Source: Isurus oxyrinchus | Lineage: Eukaryota | Assembly: GCA_026770705.1 (NCBI GenBank) | Contig: JANJGN010000646.1 | Span: 62,001 to 126,000 of the forward strand | DNA length: 64,000 nucleotides | Direction: 5' to 3' | Part shown: piece by piece, positions 12,273-25,145 of the stretch | Layout of the letters: each line of letters starts with the position of its first letter | Numbering within the stretch: the stretch's first letter is position 1 | The notes under the pieces: generated by a model | What the model saw: the letters and a program-made list of their open reading frames with translations, nothing else | The model's database searches: none | What the model was told of the DNA's origin: nothing | Position numbers and translations under genes: made by a program

Positions 12273-12989
12273 CACACAGACACACACACACACAGACAGA
12301 AACCTGTAGGCACACACATGCATAATTATACACACACAGTCATACACATACAAGCACATACACAGGAAAATACACACCCAACTCAAACACACACACACAT
12401 TCATGCCCACACATAGACACACACATGCACATACTCTCACTCATGGACAGACCTAGACACACAGACACATGCGCATGCGCACACACAGACACATGTGTGC
12501 ATACACACACAAACACACTCACATGTGCAGAAACACAAACACACAGATACACACACGTGAGTTCCCTCTCCTCTCTCAGTGCTGCACTGGAGTCTTGGTA
12601 TCAGCTCCGATTCTGTGTTGAAGGAAGGTAAACTCCAGATCAACAAGACCCTGAATTGGATGAGCAACCTCCTGAACAGAGAATTGTAGATTTACCCCTC
12701 AGTGCTCCATCAATCAAATACAATTCATTGCCTGTCCAGCCCTTTGCGAAATCCTGAGGATGTGAAAGCAAGCTTCTTTCATTCTAGATGGACAACACCT
12801 CTACTGGTGGGAGAATGCAACTGCAGTGTGACAGTTTACATAGGCAGTGTCCATTAAAAATGTGGCATAAGACGTTATCCTGAGGGAAGTTACCTGGAAA
12901 TGCATTCAGACATCAGATACAGAGAGATGATGCATGGAGTCTTGCTGTGCAATAGGTTTGCTCACATTAAACACTTGATTTGTTTTTAG

Positions 12990-13271
12990 ATGCACCACAG
13001 GATCTCTCATATACTTCGCTTAATATGATTTACGCTTCATCAATCAATATAATTGAGGGGAATTCTGCAGTGATAATCTGCTCTGTCGAGAGCTTCCCAG
13101 CTTCTAACCTGACGTGGCGACATCTTAATGTCCCAATGAACAGAACAAGTTCCAACAATGAGCTGTGGTTGGTGATTCCTCACGTTACATCCAGGGACAC
13201 TGGAGACTATCAGTGTGTGGCAGAGAATGAACATGGAGCAGTGGAGGGGTTCATAACCATCACTGTGGAAT
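12990..13271 (+). CDS. Gene B: C2-set Ig exon, copy 3
   Basis: tttttag|...|gtgagt, 282 nt, open, near-identical to copy 1. Confidence 0.88.
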
Positions 13272-14088
13272 GTGAGTGTGGAGATACATTTGTTTGTTTG
13301 CTGTCTCCGTGGTCTCCGTGGAGCCATTGGGATCGTGTTGTTTTTAATCCAGTTTTCTTCAATCCTCGCTCAGTCCACGTTATCCACACATCCAATTTTT
13401 CCTCTCCCTTTCTGTTTTTGCTCTCAGTTTCTCCTTCAATGGTTGTGAGGACAAGGCTGTCAGGTCTTCGTTTCCAATCTCCGTACTTGACGACCTTTCT
13501 CTCTCTAACTGTCCTGAACAACCCTTTTAATTGCTGAACTTCTCATTCTTTAATTGATAAATATTATATATAAATGTTACATGGATTACTTTGAAATGCA
13601 ACACCTGTATTCATAAATTGCTTAGAAATTATTAAACATTCAACAGCCAGTGAAGCATTATCGAAGTGAGCTCACTGTTGTAATGTAGGAAACACAGGTA
13701 CTAATTTGTGCACAGCAAGATCCCGCAAACCACCGTGTGATAATGACCTGATAGTTGATTATTTCAGTGAGGTTGGTTGTTACATGTGTAGAGACTACAT
13801 ACCCTTTAGGGAGGGAAGCATGTCTCGATGTGGATGTGACTCCAGTCTCAGACACCAACATGGTTAACTCACACCTGCCCTCTGAACTGGTCTCCCAGTT
13901 TGGGACAAACCAGTGGTTCAGGAGGAAGACCCCCCACCACCTTCTCAAGGGGAAACTAGGGATGGACAATAAATGTCAGCATTGCCCGAGAATGAGTATT
14001 TAAACACTGAGTGAGTGTATCGCTTCTCGAGATACATCGGAGCATCATTGTAAACCTGTAGTGCAGTAATTAATGGCTGTTTTTACAG

Positions 14089-14185
14089 GTAGAGACTCCA
14101 GTAAATGGACAGTAGGATTGTTCACGGCTGGGATCATGTTGAGTGTTTTCCTGGCTGGAATCTTCATCTTCATCTGTGTGAGAAA
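14089..14185 (+). CDS. Gene B: transmembrane exon
   Basis: ttttacag|...|gtaagt, 97 nt, phase 1-2. RDSSKWTVGLFTAGIMLSVFLAGIFIFICVRK. Confidence 0.88.
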
Positions 14186-15062
14186 GTAAGTCTGAAGATT
14201 TAACTTGATTTTAATATAAACATTTGCTTCAATGTTCTTTCCTGAAGTCGGTGATTGTTTCCCTTGGGATCAGCACCAGATCCCTCTCCGTAACTGGTCC
14301 CTGTGTCCACTCTGATCCGGAGAGAACCTTTCATTGTCCTGTATCCAGGTAAACGATCACGAGACCCAGAGATTCCTCACTCTGCACGATTACTCCGGGA
14401 TAAACATTTGCTTCAATGTTCTTTCCTGAAGTCGGTGATTGTTTCCCTTGTGTTAAGCGCCAGATGCCTCTCCCTAACTGGTCTCTTTATCCGTTATGAT
14501 CCAGAGAGTGTTTTTCATTGCCCGTTATCCAGATGAATAATAATCAGTTGCTGTGATCTGGAAGGTGCTGCCTGAAAGGGCGGTGGAAGCAGATTCAATA
14601 GGATCTTTCAAAAGGGGAATTGGATAAATACTTGAAGGGGGAACATTTGAAGGGCTATGGGGGGAAGAGCAGGGGTGGAGGGGGGGTCAAAGATATGGCG
14701 TGTCATTATAATGATATTATACCTTGGGCTTATTTACTGTACAAGAAAGAAAGCACCAATCGCTCACAGGGTTTGGGCGAGAATGTTGTCGGTTTGTTTA
14801 TCAAGACTCGGCACGAGAACAGTTATACACACGGATAAAGATTGGAGGCATCAGAGCTGTGAGTGTGTGCTCTGCTCAAAGCAAAAGTGAAACTAAGATT
14901 GGATCACATGACACACTTCCATTATAGTGATGTCACGCTGATATCCCTTATTGGAACTAGAGACAGTCCAGTCGTTGGTGTAAGGTTACAGTGGGCTCTG
15001 TGTCTGTGCTGCACTGACTCTCTGCTATATGATAACCACAGTGTGTTATTGTGTTATTGCAG

Positions 15063-15144
15063 GAGAAAGACAGCGATGGAGGAGAGAGTTTCAGGGACCA
15101 GTGACATTGCATTGACCCAAAGGTCACTCTCTGTGAAGCACCAG
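15063..15144 (+). CDS. Gene B: membrane-proximal cytoplasmic exon
   Basis: ttgcag|...CAG|gtacag, 82 nt, phase 2-0. RKTAMEERVSGTSDIALTQRSLSVKHQ bridges the TM and last exons in frame. Confidence 0.75.
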
Positions 15145-15359
15145 GTACAGGAGCTGTTTACACTCACTCCAAAGCTTCAACCTCAGTGTGTAGACAACAC
15201 GTATACCAGATTCTCAGCCGGGTTACACACAGATATCTCCTTGTGAAGTCAGCAATGGCTCAGTGGTCAGCACTGTCTCTCGCTCCCAGCCTCCGTCTCC
15301 CTCCATCACTCGCTCTTTGACCAGAAACCTGAACACATTAATGACAAGGCACCTGATGT

Positions 15360-18300
15360 CAGAACTGAGGGAGTGCTGCACTGTCAGAGGGTCAGTACTG
15401 AGGGAGTGCTACACTGTCAGAGGGTCAGTACTGAGGGAGTGCTGCAATGTCAGAGTGTCAGTACTGAGGGAGTGCTGCACTGTCGGAGGGTCAGTACTGA
15501 GGGAGTGCTGCACTGTCAGAGTGTCAGTACTGAGGGAGTGCTGCACTGTCGGAGGGTCAGTACTGAGGGTGTGTTGCACTGTCAGAGGATCAGTACTGAG
15601 GGAGTGCTGCACTGTCGGAGGGTCAGTACTGAGGGAGTGTTGCACTGTCAGAGCGTCAGTACTGAGGGAGTGTTGCACTGTCGGAGGGTCAGCACTGAGG
15701 GAGTGCTGCACTGTCAGAGGGTCAGTACTGAGGGAGTGCGGGACTGTCAGATGGTCATTACTGAGGGAGTGCTGCACTGTCAGAGGGTCAGTACTGAGGC
15801 AGTACTGCACTGTCGGAGGGTCAGTAGTGAGGGAGTGCTGCACTGTCGGAGGGTCAGTACTGAGGGAGTTGTGCACTGTCAGAGTGTCATTACTGAGGGA
15901 GTGCTGCACTGTCGGATGATCAGTACTGAGGAAGTGCTGCACTGTCAGCGGGTCAGTACTGAGGGAGTGCTGGACTGTCAGAGAGTCAGTACTGAGGGAG
16001 TGCTGCACTGTCGGAGGGTCAGTAGTGAGGGAGTGCTGCACTGTCAGAGGGTCAGTATTCCGAGAGTGCTGCACTGTCAGAGGGTCAGTACTGAGGGAGT
16101 GCTGCACTGTCAGAGGGTCAGTACTGAGGGAGTGCTGCACTGTCGGAGGGTCAGTACTGAGGGAGTGCTGGACTGTCAGAGAGTCAGTACTGAGGGAGTG
16201 CAGCACTGTCGGAGGGTCAGTAGTGAGGGAGTGCTGCACTGTCAGGGGGTCAGTACTGAGGGAGTGCTGCACTGTCGGAGGGTCAGTAGTGAGGGAGTGC
16301 TGCACTGTCAGAGGGTCAGTATTGAGGGAGTGCTGCACTGTCAGAGGGTCAGTACTGAGGGAGTGCTGCACTGTCAGAGGGTCAGTATTGAGGGAGTGCT
16401 GCACTGTCAGAGGGTCAGTACTGAGGGAGTGCTGCACTGTCAGAGGGTCAGTATTGAGGGAGGGCTGCACTGTCAGAGGGTCAGTATTGAAGGGTGTGCT
16501 GCACTGTTGGAGGGTCAGTAGTGAGGGAGTGCTGTACTGTCAGAGGGTCAGTATTGAGGGAGTGCTGCACTGTCAGAGGGTCAGTATTGAGGGAGGGCTG
16601 CACTGTCAGAGGGTCAGTATTGAGGGAGTGCTGCAATGTTGGAGGGTCAGTAGTGAGGGAGTGCTGCACTGTCAGAGGGTCAGTATTGAGGGAGTGCTGC
16701 ACTGTCAGAGGGTCAGTATTCCGGGAGTGCTGCACTGTCAGAGGGTCAGTAGTGAGGGTGTGCTGCACTGTCAGAGGGTCAGTATTGAGGGAGTGCTGCA
16801 CTGTCAAAGGATCAGTATTGAGGGAGTGCTGCACAGTCAGAGGGTCAGTACTGAGGGAGTGCTGCACTGTCAGAGGGTCAGTATTGAGGGAGTGCTGCAC
16901 TGTCAGAGGGTCAGTATTGAGGGAGGGCTGCACTGAAGGAGGGTCAGTAGTGAGGGAGTGCTGCACTGTCAGAGGGTCAGTATTGAGGGAGTGCTGCACT
17001 GTCAGAGGGTCAGTATTCCGGGAGTGCTGCACTGTCAGAGGGTCAGTAGTGAGGGAGTGCTGCACTGTCAGAGGGTCAGTACTGAGGGAGTGCTGCACTG
17101 TCAGAGGGTCAGTACTGATGGAGTGCTGCACTGTCAGAGGGTCAGTATTGAGGGAGTGCTGCACTGTCAGAGGGTCAGTATTGAGGGAGTGCTGCACTGT
17201 CAGAGGGTCAGTATTGAGGGAGTGCTGCACTGTCAGAGGGTCAGTACTGAGGGAGTGCTGCGCTGTCGGAGGGTCGGTACTGAGGGAGTGCTGCACTGTC
17301 AGAGGGTCAGTACTGAGGGAGTGCTGCACTGTCAGAGGGTCAGTAGTGAGGGAGTGCTACACTGTCAGAGGGTCAGTGCTGAGGGAGTGCTGCACTGTCA
17401 GAGGGTCAGTACTGAGGGAGTGCTGCACTGTCAGAGGGTCAGTAGTGAGGGAGTGCTGTACAGTCAGAGGGTCAGTGCTGAGGGAGTGCTGCACTGTCAG
17501 AGGGTCAGTACTGAGGGAGTGCTGCAATGTCAGAGTGTCAGTACTGAGGGAGTGCTGCACTGTCGGAGGGTCCGTACTGAGGGAGTGCTGCACTGTCAGA
17601 GTGTCAGTACTGAGGGCATGCTGCACTGTCGGAGGGTCAGAACTGAGGGTGTTTTGCACTGTCAGAGGATCAGTACTGAGTGAGTGCTGCACTATCGGAT
17701 GGTCAGTACTGAGGGAGTGTTGCACTGTCAGAGCGTCAGTACTGAGGGAGTGTTGCACTGTCGGAGGTCAGCACTGAGGGAGTGCTGCACTGTCAGAGGG
17801 TCAGTACTGAGGGAGTGCGGGACTGTCAGATGGTCATTACTGAGGGAGTGCTGCACTGTCAGAGGGTCAGTACTGAGGGAGTACTGCACTGTCGGAGGGT
17901 CAGTAGTGAGGGAGTGCTGCACTTTTGGAGGGTCAGTACTGAGGGAGTAGTGCACTGTCAGAGTGTCATTACTGAGGGAGTGCTGCACTGTCGCAGGGTC
18001 AGTACTGAGGGAGTGCTGCACTGTCGGATGTTCAGTACTGAGGAAGTGCTGCACTGTCAGCGGGTCAGTACTGAGGGAGTGCTGGACTGTCAGAGAGTCA
18101 GTACTGAGGGAGTGCTGCACTGTCAGAGGGTCAGTACTGAGGGAGTGCTGCACTCTCAGAGGGTCAGTACTGAGGGAGTGCTGCACTGTCGGAGGGTCAG
18201 TACTGAGGGAGTGCTGGACTGTCAGAGAGTCAGTACTGAGGGAGTGCAGCACTGTCGGAGGGTCAGTAGTGAGGGAGTGCTGCACTGTCAGGGGGTCAGT

Positions 18301-19777
18301 ACTGAGGGAGTGCTGCACTGTCGGAGGGTCAGTAGTGAGGGAGTGCTGCACTGTCAGAGGGTCAGTAGTGAGGGAGTGCTGCACTGTCAGAGGGTCAGTA
18401 TTGAGGGAGGGCTGCACTGTCAGAGGGTCAGTATTGAGGGAGTGCTACACTGTTGGAGGGTCAGTAGTGAGGGAGTGCTGCACTGTCGGAGGGTCAGTAT
18501 TGAGGAAGTGCTGCACTGTCAGAGGGTCAGTATTCCGGGAGTGCTGCACTGTCAGAGGGTCAGTAGTGAGGGTGTGCTGCACTGTCAGAGGGTCAGTAAT
18601 GAGGGAGTGCTGCATTGTCAGAGGGTCAGTATTGAGGGAGTGCTGCACTGTCAGAGGGTCAGTACTGAGGGAGTGCTGCACTGTCAGAGGGTCAGTAGTG
18701 AGGGAGTGCTGCACTGTCAGAGGGTCAGTACTGAGGGAGTGCTGCACTGTCAGAGGGTCAGTACTGAGGGAGTGCTGCACTGTCAGAGTGTCAGTACTGA
18801 GGGAGTGCTGCACTGTCAGAGGGTCAGTATTGAGGGAATGCTGCACTGTCAGAGAGTCAGTACTGAGGGAGTGCTGCACTGTCAGAGGGTCAGTACTGAG
18901 GGAGTGCTGCACTGTCAGAGGGTCAGTACTGAGGGAGTGCTGCACTGTCAGAGGGTCAGTATTGAGGGAGGGCTGCACTGTCAGAGGGTCAGTATTGAGG
19001 GAATGCTGCACTGTTGGAGGGTCAGTAGTGAGGGAGTGCTGCACTGTCAGAGGGTCAGTATTGAGGGAGTGCTGCACTGTCAGAGGGTCAGTATTCCGGG
19101 AGTGCTGCACTGTCAGAGGGTCAGTACTGAGGGAGTGCTGCACTGACAGAGGTCAGTATTGAGGGAGTGTTGCACAGTCAGAGGGTCAGTATTGAGGGAG
19201 TGCTGCACTGTCAGATGGTCAGTACTGAGGGAGTGCTGCACTGTTGGAGGGTCAGTACTGAGGGAGTGCTGCACTGTCAGAGGGTCAGTACTGAGGGAGT
19301 GCTGCACTGTCAGAGGGTCAGTAGTGAGGGAGTGCTGCACTGTCAGAGGGTCAGTGCTGAGGGAGTGCTGCACTGTCAGAGAGTCAGTACTGAGGGAGTG
19401 CTGCACTGTCAGAGAGTCAGTACTGAGGGAGTGCTGCACTGTCAGAGAGTCAGTACTGAGGGAGTGCTGCACTGTCAGAGAGTCAGTACTGAGGGAGTGC
19501 TGCACTGTCAGAGGGTCAGTATTGAGGGAGTGCTGCAGTGTCAGAGGGTCAGTAGTGAGGGAGTGCTGCACTGTCGGAGGGTCAGTACTGAGGGAGTGCT
19601 GCACTGTTGGAGGGTCATTAGTGAGGGAGTGCTGCACTGTCAGAGTGTCAGTATTGAGGGAGTGCTGCACTGTCAGAGGGTCAGTACTGAGGGAGTGCCG
19701 CACTGTCAGAGGGTCAGTACTGAGGGAGTGCTGCACTGTCAGAGGGTCAGTACTGAGGGAGTGCTGCACTGTTGGAG
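15360..19777 (+). repeat. Large intronic 33-bp minisatellite array, roughly 130 copies
   Basis: Continuous tandem units; the source of the RECCTVRGSVL / EGVLHCQRVST ORFs. Confidence 0.97.
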
Positions 19778-19961
19778 TGCGATAGAGATTAAATTATACA
19801 GAGAGAGAGAAAGCGAGAGAGAAAGAGAGACAGAGAAAGAGAGTGAAAAAACGCTTAAACCCACTGAGACACGACTGACACTAACGAGGCTGCACAATAA
19901 TTTAACCCTATCAGTACCAGTAAATGATGTGAGGATGTCTTCTGTTTCCATTTCTCTGTAG

Positions 19962-20210
19962 GGTAAACAGAACGTGCTGATTACTGAGCCCCGGAACACA
20001 ACCAGAGACACAACTAGTGAGGGGGAGACCCCAGCTCCCCGGGGTCTCTCTGAAGGTCCAGTGGGAGGCGATGTTGGACATGGGAACCCCGACAATCCCG
20101 ACGAGCTTCTCTACGCCAACATCAACTTTTCAAAGCTGCCCGGCGGTGACAGGACTGTGCACAGGAGCGAGGACACGGAATACGCACAGATCAGGTTCCA
20201 GAAAAACTGA
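19962..20210 (+). CDS. Gene B: last exon with ITIM (LLYANI) and ITSM-like (TEYAQI) motifs
   Basis: tttctctgtag|GGT, phase 0, 83 codons to TGA. The proximal ITIM plus distal TxYxxI layout is that of CD33-related Siglecs. Confidence 0.9.
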   Translation, partial: GKQNVLITEPRNTTRDTTSEGETPAPRGLSEGPVGGDVGHGNPDNPDELLYANINFSKLPGGDRTVHRSEDTEYAQIRFQKN

Positions 20211-20405
20211 GTGTGAAACAGGGAGCGGGGCTGTGGGGTGTGTGCAGCCAACATGGCCAAATAGTAATGAACACAAATATGATGTTGCTGAACTTTTTTT
20301 TCAATCTGTTCTGAGTGAGCTTTCTGAATGCTGCACCCTTTTCCATGCTGTAAAAGATTGCGAGAAGCTTATGAATTATGTATAATTTTACATCTGTTAA
20401 TACAA

Positions 20406-22475
20406 GGTGAGGTGAGAGTGACTGCCTTTGACATTAAGGCTGCATTTGACCGAGTGTGGCATCTAGGAGCCCGAGCAAAACTGGAGTCAATGGGAATCAG
20501 GGGTGGTACGAAAGTATAATAATTTGCTTAATATTTTCCTGGTTTGTTGTAAACTAGGGTTATGGGTGTGAGTGTAGATGGGTCTGTCTGTGTAGTTTAA
20601 TTACATCTGGAGTCAGGTAGACTGCAAGTTTGAGATTATCAAAAGAAGCTAGATGTAGAAATGTACTTGAAATGCTAATGAGAACACATGGAGGCTGTGT
20701 TAGCATGTAAGGTGTGAAAGGGTTGTCTAGATTTCAAAGGGATGTTGGTCTGTTTAGGACAAGCCCAATAAGCAAAGCTAAGGAGTTTTTTTTTTAAATT
20801 TTACCCAAACTTCATTGACAATATTGGCAACATGAAAATTTATATTATGGGAAAGGTACAGTTCCAAAGAATTTACACATCAAAGAGAGAGAAACATGTA
20901 TAAAGGAGAATGAAAGGCTATGTTGGGGGCCATGTAAGATCTAACAGGAGTGTGTGAAACAGGCTTGAAGAAGCCTCCAGACATTTGTGCGTAAGTCTGT
21001 TATGTTCAGTAAATAAAGTTGGAGAAACCCGTTTAGATTTCCAGTGTCAAGTGTGTGCTGTGTTAACTCGCTGGATTTGTTTTTAATCTAAAATCTTATT
21101 TTGGACTGTTGCCTTAAACAGGCTCTGTAACTGGGAGTCAGGTTAATTAGGAATTTGAGAATTTATATTAGTTGTAACTATCCGTGGTATTATGTATGTA
21201 GTTGAAATCTTTTATTTTGTTAATAAATATCTTAATCCAATTTTTAAAATCTCTAAAGGTTGTGGTCATTTCATTACTCCTGAATTCAGTGCACGCTTCT
21301 TGTAATAAATACAAATTGCAAAACTATTGTGTTAGCATGACCAATTTTCCCTTGTGGATTTGGAGCACCAAGCACACATCATCTGCCATGTCACCGGGAA
21401 AACTCTCCACTCGTTGGATTCATACCAAGTACAAAGGAAGGTGGTTGTGGTTGTTGGAGGTCAGTCATCTCAGTTCCAGGATATCACTGCAGGAGTTGCT
21501 CAGGGTAGTGTCCTAGGCCCAACCATCTTCAGCTGCTTCATCAATGACATTCATTCTATCAGATGGTCAGAATTATGGATGGTCGCTGATGATTGCACAA
21601 CGTTCAACATCATTCATGACTCATCAGATGCTGAAGCAGTCCATGTCCAAATGCAGCAAGACCTTGACAATATCCAGGCTTGGCCTGACAAGTGGCAAGT
21701 AACATTCATGCCACACAAGTGCCAGGCAATGACCATCTCCAACCAGAGAGATTATATCCATCTCCCCTTAATGTCCAATGGCATCACCATTGCTGAATCC
21801 CCCACTATCAACACGCTGGGGGTTACCAATGACTAGAAACTGAACTGCACTAGCCATATAAAAACTGTGACTATAAGAGCAGGCCAGAGGCTGGGAATCC
21901 TGTGGTGAGTAAATCACCTCATGACTCCCCAAAGCCTGTCCACCAACCTCAAGGCACAGGTCAGGAGTGTGATGGAATACTCGCCACTTGCCTAGATGAG
22001 TCCAGCTCCAACAACACTCAAGAGGCTCGACACCGTCCAGGACAAAGCAGCCCCGCTTGATTTGCGCCCCATCCACAAACATTCTCTCCCTCTACAACTG
22101 ACGCACAGTGGCAGCAGTGTGTGTACCATCTACAAGATGCAATGCAGGGAGTCACCAAGCCTCCTTAGACAGCACCTTCCAAACACATGATCACTACCAT
22201 CTAGAAGGACAAGGGCAGCAGACACATGGGAACACCACCACCTGGAAGTTCCCCTCCAAGTCACTCACCATCCTGACTTGGAAATATATCACCGTTCCTT
22301 AACTGTCGCTGGGTCAGAATCCTGCAACTCCCTCCCAAACAGTTCTGTGGGTGTACATACACCACAGGGACTGCAGCAGCTCAAGAAGACAGCTCACCCC
22401 CATATTCTCAAGGACAATTAGGGATGGGCAATAAATTCTGGCCTAGCCAGTGTCAGTGAATGAATAAAAAAAAAG
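20406..22475 (+). mobile_element. CR1-clade LINE RT and 3' end, split by an insertion at about 20504-21395
   Basis: AFDIKAAFDRVWH..MGIRG | KTLH..GVAQGSVLGPTIF..VADD. Ends in gaatgaataaaaaaaaa. Confidence 0.88.
20504..21395 (+). mobile_element. ~890-bp solo-LTR-like insertion inside the LINE
   Basis: The LINE reading is colinear on both sides. The insert is non-coding and AT-rich with AATAAA signals. Confidence 0.55.
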
Positions 22476-23009
22476 CAATTAAAATGCTCTGACATTTCTG
22501 TACATTTTTATCAAAGTAAATACGTACTGTAGTGAATAATTCCTTATTTGATGCCGTGCATGTGGGGTTGGAAGATTTTTTTTAAAACCACAGGCAGTTC
22601 ACAGAAACCCACAGGAAACCCACAGAGAGACAGTCACTGAGAAAGTCACTCACTCCTTGTGGTTTCACCTGTTAACCACATCCTGTCTGTGTGGCTTAAA
22701 TGTTAAACACACCGGCCACACTCAGGGAGGTTTCACTCTGTGAAATGCTCTCTCTCTCACAAACACACACACAGACACACACACACACACACACACACAT
22801 ACACAAACACACATACACACGCTCATACACTTACAGACAGACACACACATACACACATACTCACACACACATACACAAACACACATACACACGCTCACAC
22901 ACTTACAGACAGACACACACATACACACATACTTACACACACACACTCGCTCACACACAGGCAAACACGCACACAAATATCCTGACAGCAAACTGCGATT
23001 AAGTGCTTC

Positions 23010-23631
23010 CTACAACTTAACTAACAGACCAAAGACATATTGAACTGTCTGAAAGTGACCTGTTTTTCAAAGAAATACAAGATTGTACACAGATGAAAAA
23101 TGGCTGACACAAGTCATCTGATTGCTGATACTGTGAAGTTGATCACTTCTCTGGAAAGGTTCAAATGAATTGCAGTGCAGACCTGTTGCATGGAAGTTCA
23201 TGCCTGGTGTGTGTCAGTGTTCACTTCAAACAGGGACACTCTTAAAAGGAAGGCATTAAAATGCAAAGTGCTGGACTTTGATCAGCTGTAGTTCTATCAA
23301 AACAGTAGGAACTGTTCACCAAGCGGATAATCATCAGCCATTCAAAACCCCCGGTAGAGGATACAATACCCCCATCTCCTGTTGATTTATATTTTGAAAT
23401 GCATCAAATGTTGCAGAGATGCAAAGATAAAAAATGGGAATACTTGGTCTATAACAATGAATGCAAAACATGCTGATTGAATCCCCTTCAGGAATATACA
23501 GACAGGAGTTAAACAAATGGTTCTGCCAAGCAGATATAAGAGAAAGGAGGAGGAAAAAGAAATAAGGCAGTCTTCCACAAACACTGCTGGAAAAGAGCAG
23601 AAATGATTTCTCCCTCCCTCTCTTTCTGTCC

Positions 23632-23666
<35 letters not shown>

Positions 23667-25145
23667 GTCTGAAGCTAACAGAGAGTCGTCAACAACGTGC
23701 AAGTCTGAGCCAGATGAAATACAGGAATCTGACGAAAACCAACTAATTTAAAACAGCTTCAAACTTCACAGCCGACGCTGCAGTTCAAGCAAATGACTCT
23801 TAATTTTTTATTGGACTCTATAATTATNNNNNNNNNNNNNNNNNNNNNNNNNNNNNNNNNNNNNNNNNNNNNNNNNNNNNNNNNNNNNNNNNNNNNNNNN
23901 NNNNNNNNNNNNNNNNNNNNNNNNNNNNNNNNNNNNNNNNNNNNNNNNNNNNNNNNNNNNNNNNNNNNNNNNNNNNNNNNNNNNNNNNCTGTGTGTGTGT
24001 CTGTGCACCTGTCTGTGTGAGTGTGTGTATGTGTGTGTAATTAAAAAATTAAAATGTGTCCCATTTTTATTATTTTTTCTCCAGTTAGGTAACTAATAAA
24101 CTGAATCTTTCTTTGACTCAACCAAACGTGGTTTAATTGGTTCATTCTTAACAACCAAAGACACATGTTTTGGAAATTGCTTTTGGGGGAAGATATATTT
24201 TCAACCCTTTTTTTCAACCAACCATAATTACCTGTTAAACCTCTTAACCTCATTACTACTGAATTCAAAGCCCACATCTCAAAACATACAAGTTGGAAAT
24301 TGGTTGCGACAGTTGTTTCAAGTTTCCCTCCAGGATTTGAACAGCTCAGCATTTACCATCTGTTATGTCATAACAGAGCTTGCTTCAACTTAACCAATGA
24401 GCTAAAAATGTATTGAACTGTTTAAAGGAGACCTGTTTTTTAAAAGTACAAGATTAGGCACTGATCAAAAATGGCTGTCACGAGTCACCTGATTGCTGAT
24501 ACTGCAAACTTGATCACTTCTCTGGAAAGCTTCAAATGAATTGCACTACAGACATGTTGCATGAAAGTTCTCACTGAGGGGTGTCAGGGTCCACTTGAAA
24601 CAGGGGTTCCCTTAAAAATGCAAAGCGCTGGACTCTGATCACTGTAGGTCTATCAAGGTAATGGGAACTGCTCACCATGCACTAATTCATCAATCATTCA
24701 AAACCCCTTGTGGAGGATGAAATGTCTCCATCTCCTGTAGATTTATATCTTGAAAAGCACCAAATGTTTCAGAGATGCAAAGATCAAAAAAGGGATTACT
24801 TGGTCTGCGACAATGAATGCAAGACATGCTGATCAAATTCCCTTTTGGGAATATACAGACTGGAGTTTAACAACAGGTTCTGTCAAGCAGAAATAAGAGA
24901 AAGTAGGAGGAAAAAGAAAGATGGTAGTCACTCAAATACACTGCTGGAAAAGAGCAGAAATTCTCCCTCTCTCTCTCTTTCTGAAGCTAACAGAGCATCT
25001 TCAACAAAGTGCAAATCTGAATCAAATCACCACCAGGATGCCACAGGAAACCAATTAACCTTGAACAGCTGCAAACGTCAACAATCTATTTCTCAAAGAC
25101 AAGCAATTGTATTAATCATATATTCTTTTACATTTTTATTGGACT
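23010..25145 (+). mobile_element. Two diverged copies (about 23010-23827 and 24385-25145) of an ~800-bp LTR-like element
   Basis: Colinear blocks (ttgatcacttctctggaaag; cattcaaaaccc; acactgctggaaaagagcagaaa). Both end in ttttattggact next to an N-gap. Confidence 0.6.
23828..23988. other. Assembly gap (161 N)
   Basis: Run of N. Confidence 0.99.

Noticed and set aside
6227-12631. His/Thr/Leu-rich ORFs (HTHTLSL, CVCVCV)
   Set aside because: Translations of (CA)n and (CT)n microsatellites.
15263-19961. Long Cys/His-rich ORFs (RECCTVRGSVL, EGVLHCQRVST, VQHSLSTDPLT repeats)
   Set aside because: The 33-bp unit is 11 codons and stop-free in several frames on both strands. The array is intronic and SINE-derived, so these are not genes.
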